Shown here: positions 27,887 through 40,669 of the stretch, piece after piece
How positions within the stretch are numbered: the stretch's first letter is position 1
Layout: each line of letters starts with the position of its first letter
Source of the DNA: Eledone cirrhosa
Lineage: Eukaryota
NCBI GenBank assembly: GCA_964016885.1
Contig: OZ024741.1
Coordinates: 226,114,001-226,178,000, forward strand
DNA: 64,000 nucleotides
Direction: 5' to 3'
Program-made: the position numbers and the translations under genes
The notes under the pieces: model-generated
What the model was told of the DNA's origin: nothing
The model's database searches: none
Seen by the model: only the letters and a program-made list of their open reading frames with translations

Positions 27887-28327
27887 TTCAATTACCTCTG
27901 TAATTTATTTACATTATTCTTAACTCTGAAGCCGAGAATCATTCGGTTTTCTAAATAGAATTATAGTCTACGACTTAGAGTTATACCATAAACGTGGTTT
28001 TGCCTTGCGTGGTTTTCACCGCTCCAAATAATGACGTATTAACTTCGTGTCTTTCCGTTCTTTGCCAGGGAACGTTTCAAAGAACCAAAATATCGTCTTC
28101 CTGTCTCCCTTCGGTTGCACGTTTTTCGAAATATTTACTTCTGCGTTGACAGATTGATTTTTTTAGTTTCAGAAGATCCCGTTAAGGGTGAAAGCAGCGA
28201 TTCTTTGCTTAAACTTTAATCTCTTATTTTGATAAATATTTGTTCTACGGTTCTTATATATTTGATATATATTTATCCTTATCGAGCCCTCTTTGTATTT
28301 TAGTCTTTAAATTTATTATTATTACTA
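27886..28327 (+). mobile_element. Family H 3' tail in forward orientation (HHR-like motif 28165-28215)
   Basis: Matches ~57902-58467. Confidence 0.92.
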
Positions 28328-28441
28328 TAAATATATATATATATAGATATATATATATACATATGTATATGTGTGTATATATATATATGTATATATACAC
28401 ACACACACACACACACAGACACACACATATATATATATATA

Positions 28442-29010
28442 TCGTTTCTGAATTTGTTTAGCAAGATTCTTTATCTGAAATCGTGTGTTGAAACCGATAT
28501 TGTTATACTTTGGGAGGGTCATGTTGCCAATAAGAAACACACGCACCAGTTGCTTTCACTTCAATTTATTATAATAAATTTATAAATTTAGGAATTTATA
28601 AATTTCTGGTTGGTTGGTTGGTTCCACAACCAGATAGTTGTTTATATATTGTCAAAGTTCTTTCGTCACACATTCTGTGACCTCTTCAGTGACTGGGGAT
28701 TCTTTTCTTTGTTTTTGTGCCTCTCCTTTGTTCTGTCCTACGCCTTTTTGTTTCTGTGTGTGTCAGAAACAAAATGGCGTAGGACAGAACAAAGGAGAGG
28801 CACAAAAACAAAGAAAAGAATCCCCAGTCACTGAAGAGGTCACAGAATGTGTGACGAAAGAACTTTGACAATATATAAACAATTACCTGGTTGTGGAACC
28901 AACCAATCAGAAATTTATAAATTCCTAAATTTATAAATTTATTATAATAAATTGAAGTGAAACAACTGGTGCGTGTATTTCTTATTGGCAACATGACCCT
29001 CCCAAAGTAT

Positions 29011-29015
<5 letters not shown>
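28442..29015. mobile_element. Head-to-head palindrome of two family A 3' tails
   Basis: Minus arm 28442-28762, plus arm 28765-29015; both outer ends lie in (TA)n. Confidence 0.93.
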
Positions 29016-29073
<58 letters not shown>

Positions 29074-29761
29074 GTGTGAATGTGGGTGTGATATGATATC
29101 CACACACTATCTAGCTCCATATAATGATTTTATTCTTTGAAAAATGAAATTTCTTTGTGCGCTTTTTTATTTTCTCAGATTTTAATTAAGATATATGATC
29201 GTGATTGTTGTGATATTATCTGAGATGTTTCTAAAGAACGAAACAAATCGTAAATTGAATACAAACTATATTTGTTTGTGAATAGCAAAAACAACCTGTC
29301 TGCGGGGAATATGATACTGAAGTATTTATTAAATATAGTTTATCTGATTTCTGATGAAATTGTATACTGATATTTATATAGAATATATTAAAATTGATAT
29401 TTAGCTATTTGATGGACTCCTCTAATGGAGTATTCTTGAAAAGGCCATCTTTGAAAAGATATCTATAAAATATTTTTTCATTGAAGAAATCTTTGTATCA
29501 TGCAGACATGAAATAACCGAGTGCTCAAAGTAGTCGTATACTAGGATTTAATTTCTCACTAGCTTTCAGCGAAAGATATTAAATGCGCACGAGAATACAA
29601 TTACGATAAACTAGCATATTATAAAAGAAAAGAAAAGTATCATCTCTCACCAGTGTAATGTCATGAATTGTAGCTATTAATCAGTCATTATGGGTCTTTT
29701 GCGCTTTTATTGGCAGATATTTTCTCTAAAGTATTCGTTTTAATAAAATCAAAGATTAGAT

Positions 29762-30248
29762 TGGCCGAAAAATGCGATCGAGAATACAGGCGGCGAAAAT
29801 GGGGTTCCTCCGAAACGTCTTTCGATAGAGTGCATAGCTCGAAGATCAGATAGTCACTCCGGGTAGATCGGCTACTTCTCCGAATTGAGACATCACAACT
29901 CTGATACTTTGGGCATGTGGTTAGAATGTCTCAGGAAAGAGTCACTGGATAGATTTTACGGATAAAACCAACGGACCGGAAACCCTGGCTTAGACCACGA
30001 GCATAATGGTTGGATTACATCCAAGAGATTGGCTGGTCCCACTTGGGGATCCAGTCGGATCAGTTGGAGATGGTTGCTTCTGGCAAGCCCCGCTGGAGGC
30101 AGTGTTTGAAAACTCTTCTCCAACGACCCTTCCAAGAAGAAGAAGAAGAAGAAGAAGAAGAAGAAGAAGAAGAAGAAGAAGAAGAAGAAGAAGAAGAAGA
30201 AGAAGAAGAAGAAGAAGAAGAAGAAGAAGAAGAAGAAGAAGAAGAAGA
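29762..30248 (+). mobile_element. RTE (Expander/Rex3-like) LINE 3' fragment with (GAA)n tail
   Basis: MRSRIQAAKMGFLR..LLLRIETSQL.YFGHVVRM..RPR..WLDYI..GWSHLGI, with stops. Confidence 0.85.
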
Positions 30249-30840
30249 TATATGTATATAGTAGTGGAGTTAATACGAAGGATTGTGAAGTATCTAATAA
30301 AAGACAGAGTTTTCAAGAAGACGGTACAATACTGTAGAAAAATACAAAGGGAAATACCCTCGTTTCAAATGTGGAGCTGAAAAAGTTCAAAACAAATCGA
30401 ATGATCGATGCTTTCATCCTTAATTGGGTATTTTTATCGACAAAAAAAAAACAGAAATAAATATTAGATTGGAAATACACGTGGCAGATTGGTTACAATA
30501 AAGAATGCAGGCCATTTAAGAACACATCGATCATTCGTTTTATTTTGAAATGTTTTAGCTCCACATCAGAAAAAGGGATATTATTCCTGAAATATCATGT
30601 TGAAATACATGAGCTAAAACATTAAATTCTTTTGTTTCATTTGTCATCATTTTCCCTTCATAGATTTTACCTCATTTTACCGGCTTGTTGAAAATTATGG
30701 GTTTTTTTACGTTATATATGCAGAAAAATACGAAGTAAAAATGATGCCAAATGTAATAAAACAAATTAATGTCTTATCCAGGGTATTTCAACAGTATAAA
30801 TATATATATATATATATCTGTGTGTATGTGTATATATATA

Positions 30841-30895
<55 letters not shown>

Positions 30896-31055
30896 GTATA
30901 TATAGAGATAGAACACTGGAAGGTAATATCCGTAGTGGTAGAGAACTCAGTCCATGGGATGAGTTTGGTAGATCCGCTAAGGTGAAACAATTGTTCTCGG
31001 TATGGTGAACTAACTGTTGTGTTATTACTTCTATATGTATATATATATATAGCAC

Positions 31056-31252
31056 AATGTTTAACCCCGACGGCAGAGCTCAAGCCGTTTAGGTGGCTAT
31101 TTCTGGACTATTTCAGTCCAGAAATAGCCGTCGAAACGGCTTGAGCTCTGCCGTCGGGGTTAAACATTTTCCTATTACCCACTATACTACCCTAAGTATT
31201 GAGTATTCTGGTGCGTTATGGTCCATCTGGTTCCTTGTCACACTTCCTTCGT

Positions 31253-31254
<2 letters not shown>
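31056..31254 (+). mobile_element. Family C element with 5' fold-back (palindrome 31056-31168)
   Basis: Family C tail; arms flank the loop ATTTC. Confidence 0.85.
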
Positions 31255-31286
<32 letters not shown>

Positions 31287-32147
31287 GTAATAATAATAAT
31301 AATAATAATAATCTACCTATGTGAGAACTAATTATTGATTTCCTATATAGAACAAATATCTATCATCTATATAAGATGTATATATGATTAAGGCGGCGAA
31401 TTAGCAGAGTGGTTTGAACGTCGGATAGAATACCTTGCGGCATTCGTTTCGGCTTTCTGCTCTCGGATTTCTAATCCCACCAAGATCAACTTTCCCGTTC
31501 ATCCTTTTCCGGTGAATAAAAAAAGTACTAGTCAAGTACTGAGGTCGATTCCCCCTCTATATCTCTTTCTCACTTCCATTCTCTCAGTCTCTATCCTTCA
31601 GTGGAATCTGCTGTATTCAGAGCTGGTGAGGAGACGGGCTCCGCCAGGTATATCAAATGTGCTAGAAACTCCGTCTGTCAATACGGTGCCCCTATAATTC
31701 TCTCAGGTGTTACAGGACCATACATGCATATATGAATATGAGTGACGATGCGATGCTTAACGCTTAGGGTGTTCTACTCACAGTGATAAGCTTTTGAATT
31801 TGATGGCATTCTATTTCTCACTGTTTCATTCAACTCAGCTGGAAAAATTGAGTTGTGACTTTAATTCAAAGGCTCAGCCATGTAACACAGCGTGTCACGC
31901 TGAATCACTCTGAAAAACCACATTAAGTTTCCTCGAGTCTGTTGAACGCAGAACCAGTTACACGTTAATCTCACTAGCAAGCCGTTCCGTTGTCCGAACA
32001 TCAAGAACACTGGAACACTCGTCGTCTATCAGTATGCATGAACCTGTAATACCTGGTCTGACTATGGCCGATTTCTTTTTCTTCTTCTTCTTCAAGAGAG
32101 AGAGGGGGGAGAAGAGAGAGGGAGAGAGAGTGAGAGCTACAGACGGC

Positions 32148-32193
<46 letters not shown>

Positions 32194-32210
32194 GGAGAGA
32201 GAGAGAGAGC

Positions 32211-32279
<69 letters not shown>

Positions 32280-34542
32280 GAAGAATCTACCTAAGTACTA
32301 GACGGCTAATTTTTTATTGAACTCAAAAGGTTAAAAGGCTAAGTTGACCTCTGTGAGCCGTGAAATTAGAGCGGACAGAGCCGGAATAAATACGGAGAAG
32401 CATTCTATTTAGCGTTCTAACGAATCCTCCAACTCATCATAAATTATACCAATATTTAATGAATTCCGGTATTTGACTATACTCATCATTTCTACATTCT
32501 TCTATTAAATTCAATGGCAATTGGCAATCTGTTCGAACTTTGCATAATCTGTTTAGACCAGAGTGGAATGTGACATTTTACAATTTAATATGCTGGCTAA
32601 ATTTAACATAGTTATGTTTCTGGTGCTGGAATGCTAAGAGATAATACATTCTGAATGCCTAAAAGTTCGATACTTAATCGAAACAAGCTCACTTTATTTA
32701 CACTAGAGAATGATTATGAAAAAATTAAAAATATAATAAACGTATGAAGGACATACATTCTCATTCATTCCTATCCACTATAATGTTTCCGGTATTGTGT
32801 CGTGAGAAATCAATAATTGACACTATGATCTCGTGGCAATACTGGGATATATCATTTTGTATTAATAGTTTCACTTGCTGCAATGCTATTCAATCGTGAA
32901 ACAATTTCTCTTAAATTCGCTTTGATAGTCAGTTCTCATTAAGTTCACAGCTGATAGTGTAATATCATTAAAGGTGAATATGTTAGCCTTTTATTGCATC
33001 AAGACATATGTCAATTAAATAACACTGATAGTCGTTTACACCACCACATTCCAGGACGTGATTTAAAAACTTTAAAAGTATTCTACACTTAGGGACGTGT
33101 CACATCAGTCCTCTTCACTAGATAGTTTTTCCGATATGAATGAATCAAGAGCAAATATATTCGTTCGTGTTTCATATTCAAACACCGCAAGTTAAGAAAT
33201 GTATCAGATTCAGTTTACTGAGAATTTAACATCACAGTTGTATCATCCTTTCTACAACATTTCTTTCTTCTCCAACACTAAGACATACACATAAACACAT
33301 ATTGATTACTTGATATTTTGTTCAGGAGACGGTATCGGTATATATGTATTGTAAGTTAAATTGAGTAGAAGGAAAATGTTGGGAAGACTGTCTCTGTAAT
33401 TTAAAGGGCCAGCCTTATTACTTTGCGTCCCGCTGGATCTGGCTGATAATGGTGATCCGGGTGTGTGTATATATGCAATACTTAGTCACTTCACATTAAT
33501 TTAATGATAATCAATTGATAAAAATATATACGCCGAGCCAAATCGGGAGTCGTTACATAGCCGTTTAACCGACAAGAAATAGTAGCTAAATGCAACTCAA
33601 ATGAAACTCTACTATCTTAGTCTCGAAGAATACATTGAATAATGTTATCCATAATATAATATACTCTAGGAAAAATCCGAAATTGTCTAGTTTAGTATGC
33701 TTTCATCAGCTCATATACACAAGCAATTAGAAGTCTAAATCTCCATCTAGGGAGTTTAGAGTCTGCAAACAATGAACAAAAGAGATAACTGCAATGATAT
33801 CAGCTAATACAGTTTGGGGAAGATGGTAAATAAATAGAATAGTTAGGAGTGGATATTGTCTTAAACGCTATAATGCTTTTTATACCAAGTGGGCACTCCA
33901 TTCACTAACGTCAATGAACCACCCTCTCTTCTCACCCTCTCACTAATATTCTGTTATATATTCCTTAATACTTTCTTTACATCTTCCCATTTCGCTCTGT
34001 CACATACAATCGGATTCCCTTTTACTCCGATCTTCTTCACACTCATGTTTATTTGTTTCATTTTACTTTACTTTGCCTTTTTTGTTATATTTGTTCTCTG
34101 TTTCTCCTTCTCTTTCCCTTTCTCCCAGCTTATTTTTCTTCTTTTTCTATTTAAAGTATCAGCTGACCTTCAACTATTTACCAGACCATCGTCTTTCCCC
34201 GACCATTTTCCAAATTCTATTGGTTTTAGTTATAGTCTCCTGCAACACTTGTCATTTCTTAATCGACCAAGAAACCTTCTTCAGACGTTTGTCTTTTCTA
34301 CTCCATCTCTACCTAACACACCACACACACACACAACCCCCCCCCCCCCCACACACACACTCATGTAGACATATTCCCTCTCTCATACACGCACACACTC
34401 TCTCACACAAACACTCACATACGCCTACATACACCTATCTAATACCGGATATATTGGTTTCTTATCTGACTTGGCACCAAAAAGCTTAATATTTCAAAGA
34501 AAAAAGCACTTGTAAAATTTTGGTAGTTTTAACCTTTATGCT

Positions 34543-34612
34543 TTTCTGAAGATTATTTGCAGTGTCAATGAAGTATACTGGCAGTAAACGAGAATCGAAA
34601 CCACGTGTACCG
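34543..34612 (+). ncRNA. Degenerate hammerhead-like motif with expanded stem II
   Basis: CTGAAGA(34546) TT..AATC GAAAC(34597) CACGT GTA; stem I not evident. Confidence 0.35.
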
Positions 34613-35377
34613 ATTTAAGACTCCCGCAGCCTTCCACCTATTTCAAAGTATTTTTCCCTTTTGTATAATGTTATATCAAATGGGTTTAATGAAGCTGAAG
34701 AATTTAACTTAAAAACAACAAAACCTGAACAGACATGTACATAAAAAAGTTCCAGTTTACTTGATTATATGCAATATATTCTATCAGACAATTCAATAAA
34801 GAATCTTTCAGAATTATTTCCATTCCACTTCCATTCGAAGGGGGGAAAAATTCAATATGTATTTCTATATATTATATATTTATTTATTTATTGAAGATTT
34901 CAATTCATTTGTCGATGTTGTAGCTGTCTTGTTTTATGATCGATTTGGTATCTAATTTTGGTCACTAGTTGTTGAACAATTTCTCTTGTAACTGCTAGTC
35001 TGGTACTGAGAATAATAGTTATAGATCTCTTCACAGATTGTATCGGTTGCAAAAGGCGAGAGAGGCAACAGAAATGGAAAATTTATTTTAGTTTTCCTAT
35101 CGTTATAATTAGGATTATTAGAATTCAGCAAAGATATAGACAGAATTGTAAGCTGATTATAGTTGATATGGAACTAGAGTAACAATCAAAAGGGGGATGC
35201 ATTGTGTGCCGTCCATCTAATTGATTATACAGTTTATGCGATGCAGAGACACTTAGCTTCCAATGGCGCAGAATAGGCAGCTGTAAGTATGTAAAATATA
35301 GTGATATAGTTCATCATTGTCTGCAGAAGCAGCTGAGTTAACAATGTGGGATCACGTTTATATATACTTATATATAA

Positions 35378-35580
35378 CAAAGAAGGTGTGGTAAGATACC
35401 AGGTGAACCATAATGCACCAGAGTAATCGATACTTGGGGTAGTAGAGTGGTTAATATGAAAAGAGTCAGGACCCCAACGGCTGAGCTACGACAGCTACAT
35501 CCAAGTTCCGATCTAATTAGATCCGATCTTACTGTCGAAACGACCGGGCTCATCCGCCGGGGTCCTGACTCTTTTCATAT
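35378..35580 (-). mobile_element. Diverged family C relative with fold-back
   Basis: Tail similarity; arms ~35454-35490 and ~35545-35580; GTCGAAAC near the centre. Confidence 0.7.
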
Positions 35581-35629
35581 ATGTATATTTTCATATATTG
35601 TTATATTTCAGGGCGAGGGGTCACGCAGT

Positions 35630-35830
35630 CGATAGAAATACACGCGCCTGTTGGTTTTCATATCAATTTATTACAAATGTCCAGTTGGTTGGTTTAATGT
35701 TTGTTTATTGTCAAAGATCTTTCGTCACACATTCTATGACCTCCTCAGTCGTTAATTTGTTATTTTCTATCTCTCCTTTTTTCTGTTCGTACACCATCTT
35801 GTTTTGTGTGCTGTGGCAACAGACGAAAAC
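35630..35830 (-). mobile_element. Diverged relative of the family A tail with HHR-like motif at 35710-35752
   Basis: CTGAGGA G GTCATA GAATG TGTGAC GAAAG AT CTT TGAC, plus AAACACGC and TTGGTTGGTT words shared with family A. Confidence 0.8.
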
Positions 35831-35834
35831 AGAT

Positions 35835-35903
<69 letters not shown>

Positions 35904-35929
35904 AAAATTCGCTCTACATGGCTGAATAC

Positions 35930-36488
35930 AATAAATGTAATCTGAGATTTTCGAATATTAATAATAACATTCGATTCATTTGCAATTATGCAAACAACCC
36001 TCAATTTTATAGCCATGTCAGTAGAATGAACACTTCATTCTTGCTCTTTTGTTGGCATGCGAATAGAACTGCAGACACTAATGTTCCTGGGTTTCATCAG
36101 TACAGCTCACTGTTCACCTGCCAAACTGTCAGAGCTAGTGAAAATATATGCTATTAAACAGTGACTGGTTGATCAGTGGATCTGCTAATATGCAGATCTG
36201 ACTAATCAGCCAGTCAGCTAATATGCAAATCAGGCCTATCAGTCACTGTGTATTATTGAAAATAGCATATATTTTCACTACCTCTGACAGTTTGGCAGGT
36301 GAACAGTGAGCTGTACTGATGAAGGGTGATACCCAGAAACATTAATGTCTGCAGTTATGTTCGCATACCAACACAAGAGCAAGAATGAAGTGTTCATTCT
36401 ACTGATATGGCTATACAATTGAGGCTTGTTTGCATAATTGCAAACGAATCGAATGTTATTATTAATATTCGAAAACTCAAATTACATT

Positions 36489-36492
<4 letters not shown>
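35930..36492. mobile_element. ~560 bp imperfect palindrome in (TA)n with a hammerhead in each arm
   Basis: Arms 35930-36155 and 36260-36492; the spacer has its own hairpin. Confidence 0.92.
36311..36354 (+). ncRNA. Type-I hammerhead ribozyme (opposed damaged copy 36069-36105 -)
   Basis: CTGTA CTGATGA A GGGT GAT ACCC A GAAAC ATTAAT GTC TGCAG. Confidence 0.85.
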
Positions 36493-36554
<62 letters not shown>

Positions 36555-36602
36555 AATAAAAATGACCAGGTTTTAAATTACATTAAATTATTTAATTGAT
36601 TT

Positions 36603-36666
36603 ACGAACGTTTCAATCAATAGAACAGGAAAATACATTTCTGATGTATTGATTTCTTCAGAATGTG
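36603..36666 (-). ncRNA. Hammerhead-like motif with 8-bp branched stem II
   Basis: CTGAAGA AATCAATA...TATTGATT GAAAC GTT; stem I poor. Confidence 0.6.
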
Positions 36667-36879
36667 TTAAACAACACAAACAACAAATTTTAAACAAACC
36701 ACGGGTCCGAAAATCTCATTTCCGAAAACGTAAACAAATTTGAAATACTGTTGGAAAAACTTTGAAACATTACGGAAGACTAAGCATGCAAGTAAAAATT
36801 TATTAGTAACAAAGATATAACGTGCAAGGACTAAATATATATTTGTCTGAATATCGAAACCTTTAAAGGGCCTGTGGAA

Positions 36880-37975
36880 TTGGAAATATTAGGAATAATT
36901 ACAATACTCAAGAAAGTTAACCTTATCATGTTCACCAACTATACAAGCATCAGTCTTACGCAAATTGCAGCAAAGACTTACAATAGGATGATCATGAACA
37001 GAATAAGATGGATTTCTACTACATCATACATGTTGGCTTTAAGAAGGATTTTGAGGAGGGATGGAATCACAAGAAGGAGGCAGCAATTGCAGTCATATAT
37101 TTTGTAGTTAAAGTTGTGTATGAGAATATTTCAGTGTTTGTGATGACACTCGAAGGAAACTCACACCTATTCTCCATTGATACTGGAATCCTCCAGGGAG
37201 ATCCTGGCCCCTTTCCTTTTAGTGATATATCTTGATAATGCATTGCGTAATGACATTGTACCATCAGGCAGGATAACGCTGAAAAGTCAAAAGACAAAAT
37301 ACCCGACATCCCGAGGAAGATCTACTTGAATTCGTTTACACCACTGACATAGCCCTACTGGGAAACTCCTGAAAAGAAGCTGAGGGCGTGTTACAGAGAT
37401 TAGAGGCTACAACACAGTCCATTGGACTCTTCTTGAATGCTGATAGAGCAAAATTCATGCATCTCAATGCAACATCAAATAAACAAATGTAAGCTCTACA
37501 CGGTTCAGAGGTTGAGGAAGTGGATGACTTCTTATACCTTGTCAGTTTCCTGAATACAGAGCACAATGTGGACACCAGAATAGGCAAGGTATGGCAGGAA
37601 ACTCCCTCTCAAAGGTGTATATATCACCGATCACGATATCAATGAAAATGGGGCTATTCAAAGCAACGGTTCTCCTCTCCTCATGAAGAATAATAAAAAT
37701 AATCACAAAGAGGATTAATGGCATATTTACGTGAAAGCTGAGTAAATTCAGTGTGCAATTGATTCTGAAATCTTCAACTGTATATATATCTTTGTCGAGC
37801 CTTGAACTACAATATCAACAATTCACTGTAGTTATGTCCCCACTAGTGCTTTGGAAATCACAAGCAGTCACTAATAACGAGGGGCGCAAGCTCTCCTATC
37901 CAGATATCATCTCCAGAGATTCTGGTATTGAAATCTAGGACTTAGAAACGACAATGAACGACAGAGCCACGACTG
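36880..37975 (+). mobile_element. Highly decayed RTE-like LINE RT fragment
   Basis: NYTSISLTQIAAKTYNRMIMNRI, TGILQGD and VEEVDDFLYL, with many lesions. Confidence 0.8.
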
Positions 37976-39528
37976 AGGCTGCCGGATGCTGATAATAACA
38001 TTGCAATACTATACTAGATAAAATACTCTGGGATGACATACTTTACTATATTCTACAGGCGGCCATGAAAGCTTACCAAGTTTATATGACGGCTAAATGA
38101 GGACGGTACGATCAAATCTCGTTCAAAAATATTTGCTGCATAACTTTCACCAATTAGAATTCAAAACGAGACTAGGATATTTCTCGAAAGAATTCTATTT
38201 CTATTTACTGCTGCAAAAAAGCTATGAAAATATTTTTTTCTGCGTTCGTACGCAAGTCAAAGAATCATACAGAAGTTAGAATAAGATCTGTGAAAATGTA
38301 TAAATCTATTCGAAGTTTGGGTGAGATGAAAATGCATTGATCTGAGACTTGACATTTCGTCGAAGGCCCTTCTTACCGAGATATTACTCTTGCTATATAG
38401 TTCTCACGTGGCACTTGCAATATACCGTAAAAATATTGGTTTACTTTATGGCTGCTCAAAAAGATTCTTTCTCAATAAAATGCTTATATATCTCAGGCTC
38501 AGGCTCAGGCCAGTAGGAAAATATGAGACCATGTACCAATGTTGCTGTTTAACCCCAGGTTAGCCGTGATTGAACAGATATTTCATCAAGACATTTCAGT
38601 CGAAATTATCGCATCTATTCTGGGATATTCAAGAAGGGAGTATCAAATGTGTATTTCCCTTATTAAAAACAGTAGTGTAGGATTTAATGGTGATGGGTTG
38701 CTACTACTTTTAGATGGAGAAAACAGATTGAAAGGAGCTCACTTGTCATTATAAGTTCTGAGGGACATGAAATAGGGGTGAATCAGACATCCGAATTAAA
38801 TTTAAATCTTGCTGAGATCACCTTTCCCTTTCATCCTTTGGAGGTCAATAAAACTGTCCCAGTTCTATACTGGGGTCGATTCTTCTTACATATCACTTTC
38901 TTACATTCTCTCTAACACTAACTCTCTTTACTTCTCTACAAGAAATTGGCTGTTCAGACCTGGGAAGGAGATGGGCTCCATCCGGTTTACATGTAGTACC
39001 CAACACACGCCGCACGTCATCACAACGCTCCTATAATTTCATCAGGAGTTACGGGTTAAGAGAAAAAAAAAGAATAACACTATTAACGTGGAGTATATAC
39101 ACTAGGAATTAAACGTGGTCACAATCACTTTTCTATAAGAACATCCCTCCTGTTTTAGCGCAGCCTTCACCCACCAGTGTATTCAGTATAAATATTGATT
39201 AGGATGTATGAGTATTACATAGTTGGAGCGACCCAGTCTGGAGATAAGCGAGCTCTGAATAACTGTAGCTCGTTTGGGAATATTGATTATTTAAAGAGAG
39301 GAGAACTATGATTTACTACGAAATGTTAGCACACAGTAAATTTATTACAGATATCTAAAGGTTATGAAATAACGCAGTTGATATGACAGCCTTGACATTG
39401 CCTCATACACTGCAAACTTGAAGATTTCATATTAAACTTTATTATCAGTTGTTGCCTGTGGCCGCTTATGTGTGTATGTGCATGTGACTCTGTGTGTATG
39501 TCTCTCTCTCTCTCCCCCTCTCTCTCTC

Positions 39529-39634
<106 letters not shown>

Positions 39635-40037
39635 ATGTGTGAGTGTGTGTGTGCGCGTGTGTGTGTGTATGTGTGTATGTGTGTGTGTTTCTGTGTGCGT
39701 GTCTCTCTCTCTCTCTCTGTATGTATGTATGTATGTATATATATATATTCATATATATATATAAATTAATCGAAACATTGAGACATGCACTCACAAATAC
39801 CCATCGACACTGTAATATTATAACCAAATCACATGATACCGCACACACACTTATGTGTATGCATATATATGTATATGTGTGTGTGAGTGAGAGTGTGTGT
39901 GCGTGTGTATGTGTGTGTTTATGCTTGTATATATATAAGACCCTCTCGCTGTTATATCAAGCGTTAACCTAATATAACCCTTCCATATACTGTACCGATA
40001 CGGATTGTGTTGTTCTTTCTGTTTACCTTTTACATAC

Positions 40038-40075
<38 letters not shown>

Positions 40076-40669
40076 CGAGAGAGAGAGAGGGGGGAGTGAG
40101 AGAGTGAGAGAGTGAGAGAGAGAGAGAAAGAAAGAAAGATATATATATATATATATATATATATGAGGGAGTTATTAATATCATGTACATCTCAAAATAT
40201 ATTAGTTATTGTATAGCTTGTATAAATTATACTATATTTGTAAAATTTTGAATGTTTCTATTTTGGGAAAATAAGTGAAAGATCATCATCATAATCATTT
40301 TCATCACCATTGTCGTCATCATCGTCACTATGATCATTATTAAAATTCGGTTAATGGCAGAATTGGCCCAGTGCCGACAGTAATAGTAATGTCGATATAT
40401 ATACTTATATTATGTTTATGATATAAAACATTTTCAAAATAGGAGGGATGATTGGCAGAATCACTAATTTGCACCGAACTGAAGATTTCTGTGACATTTC
40501 ATAACGTCCTGTTTCGTTCTGAGTTCAAATCCGGCTCAGGTTGACTTTATTTTGTATCTTGGGCCTCAATGAAGCATAACAAACTATCATCATCAATAAT
40601 CGATAATGCTCAACGTTCAAATTTATGTCAATTTATGTTTGTTAGATATCGTTATTAATATTATCCAAA

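Noticed and set aside
30915-30995. HHR candidate ending GAAACAATTGTT
   Set aside because: The palindromic stem III is present, but there is no valid CUGANGA or stem II closure.
31602-31647. 46-nt plus-strand micro-exon (CCTTCAG..GTATAT)
   Set aside because: Splice-like words only, adjacent to a decayed SINE tail, with no recognisable peptide.
35930-36492. Palindromes as MITEs with terminal inverted repeats and TA TSDs
   Set aside because: Arms are often unequal, centres differ between copies of one family, and arms carry HHRs or match PLE tails. The MITE reading is not fully excluded for 8477, 10545 and 30353.
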